From positions 213,952 through 277,951 of the forward strand of contig CAVPXO010000012.1 of the NCBI GenBank assembly GCA_963709755.1: a DNA stretch of 64,000 nt. The letters are read 5' to 3'. This document shows positions 11,993 through 22,895 of this stretch, piece by piece. The position numbers and the translations under genes are program-made. Each line of letters starts with the position of its first letter. Positions within the stretch are counted from its first letter, which is position 1. The notes beneath the pieces were generated by a model, which made no database searches, was not told the origin of the DNA, and worked only from the letters and a program-made list of their open reading frames with translations. Source of the DNA: an uncultured delta proteobacterium (GTDB taxonomy: Bacteria > Desulfobacterota > Desulfobulbia > Desulfobulbales > Desulfocapsaceae).

Positions 11993-13013
11993 TGGAACTC
12001 CAGCCTTTCCACTCCTGCCTGGCAAAACGTAGCGCCCCGATAAGTGCCGCATCTTTTCTCAGTATCAGATTGACAGGAATATCCTTCATAAAATCGGACA
12101 TCAATCCTTTAGCATGAAAATTTTGCAGAAAACCGTCAAATGATACCAGCCCCGCTACTCTCGGCAGGATGCCTCCTCCAAGATAGATACCTCCCTTTGC
12201 ATAAAGCTTAAGCGCCAGATTTCCAGCTTCGCTGCCAAGAATCGACAGAAAGAGATCCATCACACGTCGACATAAAGGGCAGGGCTGAGCGTCAACCGAA
12301 CCAATTGCACCAATGGCACCACCTATGATGATTGGGATCGTATCTTTTGCTTTATGCATAGCCTCAACTATCCAGGCAGATTCACGGAGGCGATGATGCT
12401 CCCGAATAAAATCATAAAGGCAGGCCAGACCCGGCCCGGCAATCAATGCTTCATAACTGACAGGTTGCATTTTTTTCTGCATCCAGGCAAGAAGAGCCAG
12501 CTGTTCTTCATTGACCGGGGCAAAATCTGTGTGTCCGCCTTCCGAACCACGCGCAAAAACCTGCCCACCGAACTCAACCAGCAACCCCTCACCAAGGCCG
12601 GTTCCCGGTGCAATGACACCACGCACCTCTCCTCCAGGATTTTCACCCGCCTGTATTTCCAGAAAGTCAGAAGGGTTAAGAACGGTCAATGAATTACATA
12701 CAGCCGTCAGGTCATTAATGAGGAATGTCCGCTGAAAACCGAATTTTTTTTCAAGCAGGCGACAGTCAATCTCCCAAGGCAGGTTCGTCAATTTTGCCCT
12801 GTCACCTGATACCACTCCTGCCAGTGCCAGACAGGCAAGCTGCGGAACCTGATCCAGTTCAGCCAGAAAATCCTCTAAGATTTCGTTAATGCTGAAGAAT
12901 TCAGCATTAGTATATCTTTTTTTCAAGAGCGGTCTATTGTCCGTACCGTGCGATTGAAAAATCGCCAGCAAGCTCTTAGTACCTCCAATATCAGCTGCAA
13001 ATAGAGTTGCCAT
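11982..13013 (-). CDS. glk: Glucokinase (bacterial Glk family)
   Basis: ADIGGTKS, LTNLPW, LINDL, APGTGLGEG, SEGGHTDFAP, GGIYLGGGILP. Confidence 0.9.
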   Translation of the reverse strand: MATLFAADIGGTKSLLAIFQSHGTDNRPLLKKRYTNAEFFSINEILEDFLAELDQVPQLACLALAGVVSGDRAKLTNLPWEIDCRLLEKKFGFQRTFLINDLTAVCNSLTVLNPSDFLEIQAGENPGGEVRGVIAPGTGLGEGLLVEFGGQVFARGSEGGHTDFAPVNEEQLALLAWMQKKMQPVSYEALIAGPGLACLYDFIREHHRLRESAWIVEAMHKAKDTIPIIIGGAIGAIGSVDAQPCPLCRRVMDLFLSILGSEAGNLALKLYAKGGIYLGGGILPRVAGLVSFDGFLQNFHAKGLMSDFMKDIPVNLILRKDAALIGALRFARQEWKGWSSNGR

Positions 13014-13057
13014 ATCGACCCTTTACTTAAGTAACCAAGCAGGCCACGATTGGAAAA

Positions 13058-13885
13058 CTACTCAGTTGGTTTAAATAAATGTATATCGCGTTGAGGAAAT
13101 GGGAAAGAAATTCCACGTTCGTCAAAGGTGAGTTTAATCTTTTCCGTGAGTTCAAAATAGACATCCCAATAGCTCTCTGTGGCGACCCATGGTCGAACGA
13201 CAAAATTGACAGAAGATTCGGCCAGTTCTGAAACAGCAACGAACGGAGCGGGAGATGGCAGTATCCTGCAGTCGGCGGCCAGAATTTCCTCCAGGGTTTC
13301 TTTGGCCTTGCGGATATCATCATCATAGCCAATACCGACAACCAAATCAATTCGCCGTGTTGGATTTGCGGTAATATTGGTGATTGTGGTGTTGGAAATG
13401 GCACCGTTGGGGATAATTTTACGCTGATTATCACCGGTATTCAGGATGGTATTAAAAACGTGTATCTGTATAACCTTGCCGGTTTCACCGCCGATAGTCA
13501 CTACATCGCCGACCTTGAACGGATGGAAGAGAATCAGCATTACCCCGGATGAGAAATTGGCCAGGGAATCTTTTAGGGCAAGACCTACAGCCAGAGATGC
13601 CGCACCGAGTATCGCCAGGAAGGAGGTGGTCTTAATGCCAAGCTGTCCGACTGCTGCAATTATCACCGTTACGAAAAGAGCATAATAAACAATTCCCTCC
13701 AGAAATCCGACCAGAGTTATGTCAATTTTTCTGCTCTCCAGAAATCTGACCAGAACGTTGGTCATTTTCCTGGCAATCCATTTCCCAACAAGAAAAATTA
13801 TAATTGCAGATATTATCTTCGAGCCATAGAAAATAATGAGTGGCTGCAAATTCTTCAACATCTCCGGATCAATGCTCATGTCCAT
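13058..13885 (-). CDS. mscS: Small-conductance mechanosensitive channel
   Basis: LGAASLAVGLALKDSLANFSSG, PFKVGD, NPTRRID, ISFPFPQ. Confidence 0.92.
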   Translation of the reverse strand: MDMSIDPEMLKNLQPLIIFYGSKIISAIIIFLVGKWIARKMTNVLVRFLESRKIDITLVGFLEGIVYYALFVTVIIAAVGQLGIKTTSFLAILGAASLAVGLALKDSLANFSSGVMLILFHPFKVGDVVTIGGETGKVIQIHVFNTILNTGDNQRKIIPNGAISNTTITNITANPTRRIDLVVGIGYDDDIRKAKETLEEILAADCRILPSPAPFVAVSELAESSVNFVVRPWVATESYWDVYFELTEKIKLTFDERGISFPFPQRDIHLFKPTE

Positions 13886-13988
13886 TTATCTTCTCTCTTT
13901 TTATGTTTAGAGGGGACTGATTTTTTTTTCACGTCGTTTTGTGAAAATTAGATAGCGCAGACTTCGATCTGTCTCCCGGTTTTAGGGG

Positions 13989-14753
13989 TTAAGCATCTAT
14001 GGATTGGATGTCCCAAGCCTCTGTGCGTCCACTGTTATCGGGATTTTTGACGATAGTGAATTCAAAAATATTTGAAGAATCGAGAAAAAGTGCGTCATTA
14101 ACTTCCTGTGCCTTGGAACAATGAAAAAAGACAGATTGAGGAAGTAAACCCTCTGGAGTCAATCGATAGTACCGCATAAAACCAAATCCTCTATCCGGAT
14201 TATAATTAATCGGAATACCACGCTGCCTGTTTTCGCCACCTTGCGAAGTGATCGGTAAAAGCCCAGGTACGAGAAAGCCCGAGAGAAAATTATCCGCCGC
14301 TTCTTTTAGATCATTGCTCACATGATGAAAACCTATAACCTCGACTCTGCAACCCATATTCTGCAAAGCAAGCACAAGACGAATAAAGTCACCATCACCC
14401 GTGAGCAAAATGATACGATCAAGATTTCTTGCCTGCAGAAGGGCATCAATCGCCAAATCCATATCAGCATTGGCTTTAGTGGTTAAAATTCCCTCATCGT
14501 CGACAAAATGTTTGACATATTTTTTAATAACCTTGAAGCCACACTGGCGCAGCACACTATGATAACGATAGAGCTTTTGTCGATATTCCGGATCATCCCT
14601 GGTGCGTTCCCGATCCTCTGCAAGATAAGAATTGGCTCTCAGGAGCGTTGAATTTCCTGCGCCAGCCAGCTCTACCAGTACATCATACCGCATGCCATAG
14701 CCACCGCACATCCTGATATTTTCTGCATCTACATAGATCCCGGTTTTCAACAT
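13989..14753 (-). CDS. NYN (LabA/DUF88) domain protein with C-terminal cold-shock-like domain
   Basis: IYVDAENI, KANADMDLAID and LTGDGDF acidic PIN-like motifs; C-terminal DRGFGFM and VFFHCS resemble RNP1/RNP2. Confidence 0.82.
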   Translation of the reverse strand: MLKTGIYVDAENIRMCGGYGMRYDVLVELAGAGNSTLLRANSYLAEDRERTRDDPEYRQKLYRYHSVLRQCGFKVIKKYVKHFVDDEGILTTKANADMDLAIDALLQARNLDRIILLTGDGDFIRLVLALQNMGCRVEVIGFHHVSNDLKEAADNFLSGFLVPGLLPITSQGGENRQRGIPINYNPDRGFGFMRYYRLTPEGLLPQSVFFHCSKAQEVNDALFLDSSNIFEFTIVKNPDNSGRTEAWDIQSIDA

Positions 14754-14784
14754 AGCATCACAAATATCGTTTTAATAATTCTGT

Positions 14785-16335
14785 CTATTCCCACTCAATA
14801 GTCGATGGAGGTTTAGATGAGATATCATACACAACCCTGTTCACACCCCGAACCTCATTTATAATGCGACTGGATATCTCTCCGAGAAGTTCGTAGGGCA
14901 ATCTGCTCCAGTCTGCAGTCATGGCATCCCTCGAATCAACTGCGCGGATAGCGATGACATTCTCGTAGGTACGGCCATCCCCCATAACGCCGACGGTCTG
15001 GATAGGTAAGAGAACGGCAAAGGATTGCCAAACCTTTCTGTACCAACCGGCCTTGCGCATTTCCTCAAGCACAATAACATCAGATTGACGCAAGATCCGT
15101 AACCTTTCGGCAGTTACCTCTCCCATTATTCGTATACCAAGCCCCGGTCCCGGGAAAGGTTGCCGATAAATCGCCTCCTCCGGCAACCCGAGTTCCAGGC
15201 CAAGTTCGCGCACTTCATCCTTAAAAAGTTCGCGCAGGGGTTCGATGAGGTCAAGGTTCATAATATCCGGCAGTCCCCCGACATTGTGGTGGGATTTTAT
15301 CGGAGCTTCCCCACGAAAACTGACCGATTCAATCACATCCGGATATAGCGTACCCTGAGCCAGGTATTTCACCTTGCCGATCTTTTTTGCCTCTTCTTCA
15401 AAAATTTTTATGAAGCCCAATCCGATCCGCTTGCGTTTAATCTCCGGATCCTTGACTCCATCCAATTCTCCAAGAAAGTAATCAGTCGCATCAATATCTA
15501 TGACTTTTAATTTACTCTTTTCCTTAAAGAACCTGAGGATGGAACCGGTTTCACCTGTCCGCATCAGGCCGTTATTGACGTAGATACAGGTGAGTTGATC
15601 GCCTACTGCTTTATGGATAATAGCAGCCACCACTGAACTGTCCACACCACCCGAAAGAGCACAGATGACATTATCGCTGCCGATTTTCTGCTGAATTGCA
15701 TGTACATTCTGTTCAATAAACGAATGCATTGTCCATTCCGGTTTACAGTTACATACTCCGAAAATGAAATTCCTCAACACATCGGTACCAATAAGAGTGT
15801 GGGCAACCTCAGGATGAAACTGCACAGCAAAAAATGGCCGTTCTTTATGTCGCAAGGCAGCAAAAGGTGAGTTGTCGCTTACTGCGGTAGCTTCGAATCC
15901 TTCGGGGATTACCTCAACACGGTCCCCATGGCTCATCCATACCTGATGCTTCCAACCATTCATTTCGAGACCGGCAAAAAGTCCTGCGGAAAATTTGATT
16001 GTCAGTTCTGCTTTGCCGAATTCACGTTTTTCAGCCTTTTCAACTTTACCACCCAACTGCTGAAGCATGAGCTGGGCGCCGTAGCAGATACCCAGAACAG
16101 GAATATCCAGATCAAATATTCCGGCATCGGAGTGGGGTGCACCGCTGTCATAGACAGAACAGGGACCACCGGACAGTACAATACCGGAGGGGCTGAGTTC
16201 TTTAAGCTTATCAAGGGATATGGAGAAGGGATGAATTTCACTGTACACCTTCTGCTCCCTGATTCGCCTGGCAATCAGCTGGGTGGTCTGAGACCCAAAA
16301 TCAAGGATAATTATTTTTTCGTCATGAATATCCAT
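14785..16335 (-). CDS. guaA: GMP synthase (glutamine-hydrolysing)
   Basis: ILDFGSQ, GICYG, QFHPEV, SGGVDS, KPPSTIEWE. Confidence 0.98.
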   Translation of the reverse strand: MDIHDEKIIILDFGSQTTQLIARRIREQKVYSEIHPFSISLDKLKELSPSGIVLSGGPCSVYDSGAPHSDAGIFDLDIPVLGICYGAQLMLQQLGGKVEKAEKREFGKAELTIKFSAGLFAGLEMNGWKHQVWMSHGDRVEVIPEGFEATAVSDNSPFAALRHKERPFFAVQFHPEVAHTLIGTDVLRNFIFGVCNCKPEWTMHSFIEQNVHAIQQKIGSDNVICALSGGVDSSVVAAIIHKAVGDQLTCIYVNNGLMRTGETGSILRFFKEKSKLKVIDIDATDYFLGELDGVKDPEIKRKRIGLGFIKIFEEEAKKIGKVKYLAQGTLYPDVIESVSFRGEAPIKSHHNVGGLPDIMNLDLIEPLRELFKDEVRELGLELGLPEEAIYRQPFPGPGLGIRIMGEVTAERLRILRQSDVIVLEEMRKAGWYRKVWQSFAVLLPIQTVGVMGDGRTYENVIAIRAVDSRDAMTADWSRLPYELLGEISSRIINEVRGVNRVVYDISSKPPSTIEWE

Positions 16336-16401
16336 ATATTCCCTCGTCTTCTCCTCAATATTTTTTTCAATTTACTTCCACACCCCTTGTCGAGATCCGA
16401 A

Positions 16402-17871
16402 TTATGCAGTTCGATAATTTGGTGCTTCCTTGGTAATTATAACATCATGAACATGTGATTCCCTTAAACCTGCGGCAGAAATACGTACAAATTTCGCCTT
16501 CTGCTGCAACTCGGGGATAGTTGCAGCTCCGACATAGCCCATACCCGATCTCAGCCCGCCAATCATCTGGTATATCACTGTTGAAAGTGGCCCCCTGTAC
16601 GGGACCTTGCCTTCAATCCCCTCGGGGACGAGTTTTGATGTGGCAGTGACTTCCGATTGAAAATAACGATCGGCCGACCCATCGTTCTGACTCATTGCCC
16701 CAATCGATCCCATACCACGATAGCTTTTATAGGTTCTTCCCTGATAGAGGAAGGTGTCTCCTGGTGTTTCGTCGGTTCCGGCAAAGAGGCTACCAAGCAT
16801 TACCGTGCTGGCACCTGCGCCGATAGCTTTAGCCAGGTCTCCGGAATATTTTACCCCACCGTCAGCGATAATTGGGATATTATATTTACCGGCTATCTTT
16901 ACACAGTTTTGAATGGCGGTCATCTGTGGAACCCCGACGCCGGCAACCACTCGTGTTGTACAAATAGATCCTGGCCCGATTCCCACTTTCACAGCATTTG
17001 CTCCTGCTCTGATCAAATCCTCTGTCCCTTCTCCCGTGGCGACATTTCCAGCAATAATAGAAAGTTCGGGAAAGGCAGCTTTCACTCTTGCAACAGCTTT
17101 AAGCACACCGATTGAATGACCATGGGCCGAATCGACGACCACCACATCCACCCCTGCTTTTAGAAGTCTTTCTGCCTGACTTTCAATATTCGGGCCAACG
17201 CCCAGTGCGGCTCCTACAAGGAGACGTCCGTACCTGTCTTTAGCGGCCAGGGGATATTTTTTAATTTTTTCCAGATCCTTGATAGTAATGAGCCCCTTCA
17301 AACCACCTTTGTCATCAACTACCAGCAATTTCTCAATCCGGTGTTCATGCAACAAGGCTTTCGAGTGCTCCAGATCAATCCCCACCTTGGCAGTTACCAG
17401 GTTTTTTGAGGTCATCACATCAGAAACCCGCAAGCCGTCATCGGATACAAACCGTAAATCCCGGTTAGTGACTATCCCCACCAACTTTCCTTCGTGCAGG
17501 ACAGGCAAACCGGATATTTTATAAGCACTCATTATCTCTTGAACTTCAGCCACCGACTGATCCTGGGTGACGGTAATCGGATCAATAATCATTCCGGATT
17601 CTGATTTTTTCACCCGTTCGACCTCGATCGCCTGTTGCTCAATAGTCATATTTTTGTGGATTATCCCTATTCCACCTTCTCTGGCCATAGCAATGGCGGT
17701 TCTGTGTTCTGTTACGGTATCCATGGCAGAACTGACCAGGGGAGTATTGAGAAAGATGGTATCGGTGAGACGTGTCTCCAGGTTTACTTCGTTAGGAAGG
17801 ACCTCGGAAGCGGAAGGCACGAGAAGTAAGTCGTCAAATGTAAGTGCAGTTTCTATATGATCTGGTAACAT
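16402..17871 (-). CDS. guaB: IMP dehydrogenase
   Basis: [10 protein letters not shown], tandem CBS domains, [17 protein letters not shown]. Confidence 0.98.
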   Translation of the reverse strand: MLPDHIETALTFDDLLLVPSASEVLPNEVNLETRLTDTIFLNTPLVSSAMDTVTEHRTAIAMAREGGIGIIHKNMTIEQQAIEVERVKKSESGMIIDPITVTQDQSVAEVQEIMSAYKISGLPVLHEGKLVGIVTNRDLRFVSDDGLRVSDVMTSKNLVTAKVGIDLEHSKALLHEHRIEKLLVVDDKGGLKGLITIKDLEKIKKYPLAAKDRYGRLLVGAALGVGPNIESQAERLLKAGVDVVVVDSAHGHSIGVLKAVARVKAAFPELSIIAGNVATGEGTEDLIRAGANAVKVGIGPGSICTTRVVAGVGVPQMTAIQNCVKIAGKYNIPIIADGGVKYSGDLAKAIGAGASTVMLGSLFAGTDETPGDTFLYQGRTYKSYRGMGSIGAMSQNDGSADRYFQSEVTATSKLVPEGIEGKVPYRGPLSTVIYQMIGGLRSGMGYVGAATIPELQQKAKFVRISAAGLRESHVHDVIITKEAPNYRTA

Positions 17872-18121
17872 GTCCCCTCCTTGTCAGGGAGTGAAGCATA
17901 AAAGGCTGTTTTTTGTCCTCTTTGGAACAACATACCTGTTTCGCAGAAAAGGACGCTTGACCACCTTTCATAATTCACATTATGCTTTATTTTTAAAATC
18001 TTACAGTAAAGCATCTTTATAAAAAATTTCATTATTTTTAGGATGCTGATATTTAAATTCAAAATTCCGATGAAGAGAATATGAATGGTCTGCCACCTGC
18101 GGACAAAGGAAAAACTGATAT

Positions 18122-18733
18122 ATGCTGCTTGAGATCAACCCTGTAAATCCCCAACTACGCCTCATTGAGCAGGTTGTCAAACAACTTAAAAATGGTGCCA
18201 TAGTCTGTTATCCTACCGATACCGGCTATGGTATAGGATGTGACCTCTTCAACCAAAAAGCTATCAAACAACTTGTTCAATTGAAAAAAAGGCCCCAACA
18301 CAAGCCTTTTTCCTTTATGTGCTCGGACCTTACCGATATCAGCCAATATGCCCACGTCTCGAATACTGCCTATCGACTTCTGAAAAAGAACCTGCCCGGC
18401 CCGTATACTTTCGTATTGCCCGGAACTAAGCTTGTTCCAAAAATCATGGCCACAAAACAAAAAACCGTGGGTATCAGGGTGCCAGGTCACCCAATCTGCC
18501 AACTCCTGCTCAAAACCCTTGGCAACCCTATCGTCAATACCAGCGTCCAGCTTGAAGATGAGGAGACAAAGCTGGCTGAGCCTTTTGAAATTGAGCAGTA
18601 CCTCGGCAAACGAGTTGAACTCATTATTGACGGTGGCTCAATTTTTCCAGACCCTTCTTCCGTTATCGATCTGACAGGTGATACCCCTGAGATTCTCCGT
18701 GTCGGCAAAGGCGATGTTAATCCTTTTCGCTGA
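18122..18733 (+). CDS. Sua5/YciO/YrdC family protein (YciO-like)
   Basis: YPTDTGYGIGC, LPGPYTFVL, KTVGIRVP, PSSVIDL..ILRVGKG. Confidence 0.9.
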   Translation: MLLEINPVNPQLRLIEQVVKQLKNGAIVCYPTDTGYGIGCDLFNQKAIKQLVQLKKRPQHKPFSFMCSDLTDISQYAHVSNTAYRLLKKNLPGPYTFVLPGTKLVPKIMATKQKTVGIRVPGHPICQLLLKTLGNPIVNTSVQLEDEETKLAEPFEIEQYLGKRVELIIDGGSIFPDPSSVIDLTGDTPEILRVGKGDVNPFR

Positions 18734-19001
18734 TCAGTGCCTCTTTCAGTGATTTACTCATGGTAAAATGAAGGGTCTTTCGATCCGGAATTTCCATAAT
18801 TTTACCAGTGCGGGGATTTTTCGTTGAACGCGGTTTTCTTGCTCTTACTGAAAAACTGCCAAATCCACGTAATTCAATACGCCTCTCTTCCACCAGAGCC
18901 GTTGCCATTGTCTCCAGCATAATATCAACCGCCAGACTGACATCCTGTTTCTGCAAAGACAGTTCACTGCTTACTTTATCTACTAAATCTTTTTTCAACA
19001 T
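18717..19001 (-). CDS. ihfB: Integration host factor beta / HU family DNA-binding protein
   Basis: RIELRGFGSF, KNPRTG, HFTMSKSLK; follows rpsA as in the common rpsA-ihfB order. Confidence 0.8.
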   Translation of the reverse strand: MLKKDLVDKVSSELSLQKQDVSLAVDIMLETMATALVEERRIELRGFGSFSVRARKPRSTKNPRTGKIMEIPDRKTLHFTMSKSLKEALISEKD

Positions 19002-19061
19002 GCTGATATCTTATCAATTTGTTACCGAGGACGACCATATTGATACGTCCCCATGAAATAT

Positions 19062-19103
19062 AAAAAAAGGTTGTCTTACCGGATCTCCAGTAAGACAACC
19101 TTT
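19062..19103 (-). terminator. Intrinsic terminator after rpsA
   Basis: AAAGGTTGTCTTAC / GTAAGACAACCTTT 14-bp inverted repeat with an adjacent A-run. Confidence 0.8.
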
Positions 19104-19138
19104 CAACTGCATTCCAAGTGCCTTAATGAGGCTGTACC

Positions 19139-20869
19139 TTAATCGTTATCAGAAGACTCGTTGCCTTCCGCAGCGGCTTTCAACAGATCGCCAAAAGTAG
19201 ACGGTGCCGATTCGGAAGCAACTTTTTCTGCCTTCTTGAATTTTTCTACTGCCACCTCTTCATCATCACCCTCAAGAGTTTTAACAGAAAGACCAATCTT
19301 ACGATCTTTGGCAGAAACATTGATAACTATTGCCTTCAAAATATCTCCGACCTGATACATGCCAACCGGAGTTTTCACTTTGTCTTTGCTGAGTTCGGAC
19401 ACATGAACTAGACCTTCAATGCCCTCTTCGAGTTTAACGAAAACACCAAAATCAGTAACGTTTGTGATCTCACCTTCAACAACCGTACCCGATGGGTAGT
19501 TGTTGTAAGCTGCCTGCCATGGATCAGGAACAAGCTGCTTGATACCAAGAGAAAAACGCTCATTTTCTTTATCTATTTTCAGAACGACTGCCTGAATCGT
19601 CTCGCCTTTGGCGTACTTCTCTGATGGATGCTTAATGCGCTCGGTCCAGGACAAATCGGAGACATGGATTAATCCGTCAATCCCCTCTTCAATTCCAATA
19701 AATACACCGAAGTCGGTAATATTTTTAATTTTCCCTTCAATGACAGAACCCACCGGATAATTCTCGGTAACCAGATCCCATGGATTTGGCTGGAGCTGCT
19801 TCATACCAAGTGAAATACGCTTGGTCTCAGTCTCGATATTCAGCACCATGATTTCAACTTCATCACCTACGGAAACCATTTTGGATGGATGACGCGGTTT
19901 CTTTGACCAAGTCATTTCAGAGACATGGATCAAGCCTTCGACACCTTCTTCCAGTTCGACAAAAACACCATAATCGGTAATGGAAACGACCTTACCTTTA
20001 GTTGTCTGGTTTACCGGATACCTCTCGGTGACTGTAGCCCATGGATCATCACGGAGTTGTTTCACACCAAGGGAAACGCGATCATGCTCCTTGTCGTATT
20101 TGAGGACTTTAACCTCGAGTTCTTCACCAACTTTGTAAAGTTTCGCCGGATGGGAAACACGCCCCCAGGAGAGATCGGTAATGTGACAGAGACCGTCCAT
20201 TCCGCCCATATCAATAAAGAGACCGTAGTCGGTAATGTTAGTAATGGCACCTTTAATGATCTGACCTTCTTCCAGTTTGGAGCGCATCTCTTCACGAAGT
20301 TTATTGCGTTCTTCTTCAAGAATAGCCCGACGGGAAATAACAACGTTATTTCTCTTCTTGTTGAATTTGAGAATCTTGAATTCCATTGATTCCCCGATCA
20401 ACCCATCAAGGTCCTTAACGGGACGAAGATCGATCTGAGAGTACGGTAGAAATGCCGGAACTCCGATATCAACAGACATACCGCCTTTAACACGACTTTC
20501 GATCTTACCGGAAATTGTTTCGTCAGCTTCTTGAATTTCTGCGATTCTTTCCCATACCTTAATTGCAATGGCCTTTTCTCTCGACAGGAGGAGTCCACCT
20601 TCCTCTTTACGACGTTCTACGAACACCTCGAATACGTCACCAATTTTGATTTCCTCACCATCTTCCAGGCGGAATTCGGATTTAGCAATATAACTTTCTG
20701 CCTTATCGCCAACATCAACAAGGAGATAATCATCCACAGTGCCGATAATGGTGCCCATGGCAACATCTCCGACTGCGACTACCTTGTTATTTTCTTCCAT
20801 TTCGAAGAGTTCCGCAAAACTCATCTCTTCATTACTGTCCTGGGTTGATTGATTAAGTTGTTCTGTCAT
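19139..20869 (-). CDS. rpsA: 30S ribosomal protein S1
   Basis: Six S1 repeats (ITDYGLFID, DYGVFVEL..GLIHVSE, TDFGVF). Confidence 0.97.
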   Translation of the reverse strand: MTEQLNQSTQDSNEEMSFAELFEMEENNKVVAVGDVAMGTIIGTVDDYLLVDVGDKAESYIAKSEFRLEDGEEIKIGDVFEVFVERRKEEGGLLLSREKAIAIKVWERIAEIQEADETISGKIESRVKGGMSVDIGVPAFLPYSQIDLRPVKDLDGLIGESMEFKILKFNKKRNNVVISRRAILEEERNKLREEMRSKLEEGQIIKGAITNITDYGLFIDMGGMDGLCHITDLSWGRVSHPAKLYKVGEELEVKVLKYDKEHDRVSLGVKQLRDDPWATVTERYPVNQTTKGKVVSITDYGVFVELEEGVEGLIHVSEMTWSKKPRHPSKMVSVGDEVEIMVLNIETETKRISLGMKQLQPNPWDLVTENYPVGSVIEGKIKNITDFGVFIGIEEGIDGLIHVSDLSWTERIKHPSEKYAKGETIQAVVLKIDKENERFSLGIKQLVPDPWQAAYNNYPSGTVVEGEITNVTDFGVFVKLEEGIEGLVHVSELSKDKVKTPVGMYQVGDILKAIVINVSAKDRKIGLSVKTLEGDDEEVAVEKFKKAEKVASESAPSTFGDLLKAAAEGNESSDND

Positions 20870-21146
20870 GGATTTTACGCTTCCTGTAGACCAGAGGCCA
20901 AATGGTTAAGGTTATTTTACTCCCGCATGAAAGGCATGCTGAGGTAAAAAGAAAATAAGGCCACTCCCAAGCAGGGGCAACCTTCGCATATATGAACCAC
21001 ACTTTATAGCAATTTTTCAACGAAAGGACAACAACTTCTTTAAAAAAAAGATATTTTTTTATGTCTAGCTTCGAGACCACTTCACGGCTTGCCTGATGGC
21101 AGAAGCTCCTCAGGGATAACCTGTCATAATGCAAAGAAAAATCCAG

Positions 21147-22667
21147 TTATGCTGATTTCTTTGCAGAACTGCCTCTGTTCCGGCTGTAATTCCTGTTGCC
21201 AGGTTTTGGTTTACCCTTTGACTTTTGCTTGGTACCATCCTGCTCAATCTTTCTATCCTGCCCTTTGGGTGGCGGGACAAGAAGAGCTTCTTCCGGCAAC
21301 ACACAATCAAATTTCCTGCCTATGAATTCCTCTATAGCAGGAAGGTAAAAAGAACCTTCCTCGCAGGCAAAACTTACAGCTTTTCCGATCGCACCGGCCC
21401 TTCCGGTCCTGCCTATACGATGGACGTAATCTTCCGGTTCATACGGCAAAGTATAGTTGACAACAAAAGTGATTCCCTCAATATGGATGCCACGGCCGGC
21501 GACATCGGTCGCAACGAGAACTTTAACCTTGCCTGATCTGAAATTTTCCAGTCTGGTCATTCGTTTATTCTGATCGACATCCCCGGACAGCAGCACACAA
21601 TCTATGTTGTTTCGTTGCAGACGGTTGGACAATCTTTTGGTTTCATTCTTCATATTGGCAAAAACTATAATCCGATCATCCGGGTTCTGCTGAATGAGAT
21701 TATAAAGAACTGCATATTTTTCTTCAGCCGTAACGAGATAGACGAATTGTTCAACCGTCTCGACTGCCACCTGTTCAGACTCCGCTTCAACCACCTTTGG
21801 ATTCACACTCCACTGAGAAGCGAGGCGCTGCACATCTTCTGAAACAGTGGCAGAAAAAAGCATAGTCTGCCTCTCTTTTTTGGGAGGCAATCGACCGATG
21901 ATTCTCCGTACATCAGGAATAAAACCCATATCGAGCATTCTGTCCGCCTCGTCCAGCACCAGGATCTTACAACTGCTCAAATCAACAACTCTCTTATTCA
22001 TAAAATCAAGGAGACGACCGGGAGTCGCTACCAGAAGATCACATTGTTTATTCTGCAGGAGATCCATCTGCTTCTGATAATCCACTCCTCCAAATACGGC
22101 CCGTACGGAAAGATTGCAGTATTTGGCGAAGACATTGCCCTCTTTTGCTATCTGATTTGCCAGCTCACGGGTGGGAGCCAACACCAACGCACGGACATTT
22201 CCTTTTCCAGACCTTTTTTCAGTGAGTAATCTGGAGAGGATAGTGATCAGGAAAACAGCGGTTTTGCCGGTACCGGTGTTGGCTTTGCCCACAAGATCAA
22301 GACCGGCCAGAACATCTTTCAAAGCCTTTTCCTGAATAGGGGTGCAGTATTCGAATTTTTGATCAGCAATAGCCCGCATAACCTTCAGAGGAATTTCGTA
22401 ATCATGAAATCGACTTTTTCCCTCTGCCGGAGTAACCTGAAACTCGTCCAGACTCCAGGTCGGCCTGGGCTTTTCCGGAGCCCGGTATTTACTCTTCTGT
22501 GCGACCTTCATGATTTCTTGGTCAGACGGGTTTTCTCTCCCTTTTACTTCGCCGGGATTTAATTCCGCAGGTGGAGCTGATTGGCCCAGGAATTTTCCGT
22601 ACCGGTGCTTTCCGGCCTGGGCAATGCTTCTTATTTTCTTTCCTACAGAAAGGATAATGTTTTTCAT
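21147..22667 (-). CDS. DEAD-box RNA helicase (RhlB/RhlE-like)
   Basis: TGTGKT, PTRELA, TPGRL, DEAD, SAT and HRIGRTGR; start at MKNIIL (22667) preferred. Confidence 0.93.
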   Translation of the reverse strand: MKNIILSVGKKIRSIAQAGKHRYGKFLGQSAPPAELNPGEVKGRENPSDQEIMKVAQKSKYRAPEKPRPTWSLDEFQVTPAEGKSRFHDYEIPLKVMRAIADQKFEYCTPIQEKALKDVLAGLDLVGKANTGTGKTAVFLITILSRLLTEKRSGKGNVRALVLAPTRELANQIAKEGNVFAKYCNLSVRAVFGGVDYQKQMDLLQNKQCDLLVATPGRLLDFMNKRVVDLSSCKILVLDEADRMLDMGFIPDVRRIIGRLPPKKERQTMLFSATVSEDVQRLASQWSVNPKVVEAESEQVAVETVEQFVYLVTAEEKYAVLYNLIQQNPDDRIIVFANMKNETKRLSNRLQRNNIDCVLLSGDVDQNKRMTRLENFRSGKVKVLVATDVAGRGIHIEGITFVVNYTLPYEPEDYVHRIGRTGRAGAIGKAVSFACEEGSFYLPAIEEFIGRKFDCVLPEEALLVPPPKGQDRKIEQDGTKQKSKGKPKPGNRNYSRNRGSSAKKSA

Positions 22668-22895
22668 CGTAAACTCAATATATAACCTAAAAGTGACTCC
22701 GGCATGGTTGGTTAAAAGGATCGTGCCAGATCTGTCCCGCACATACAGACTGGAACGATACCCTACAGTGACAGGAGGTGATGGACAGGGTGCGGGTTAC
22801 CGCAACCAGCAAGAGAAGTGGGTGTAAGCGAACGAAAGCAGATAAAAATCACGTTCGGACAAAATGATCACAGCTCATTAAAGAGTTATTTTACT

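Noticed and set aside
17872-18121. Possible purine riboswitch upstream of guaB
   Set aside because: Only weak hairpins are present and the conserved purine-aptamer core is not recognisable.
20870-21100. Possible structured autoregulatory leader of rpsA
   Set aside because: Plausible from known S1 autoregulation, but I could not define a convincing structure or motif from the sequence.
22713-22728. TGGCAC-GATCC-TTTTA upstream of the DEAD-box helicase as a sigma-54 promoter
   Set aside because: The -24 box is perfect but the required GC at -12 is absent.
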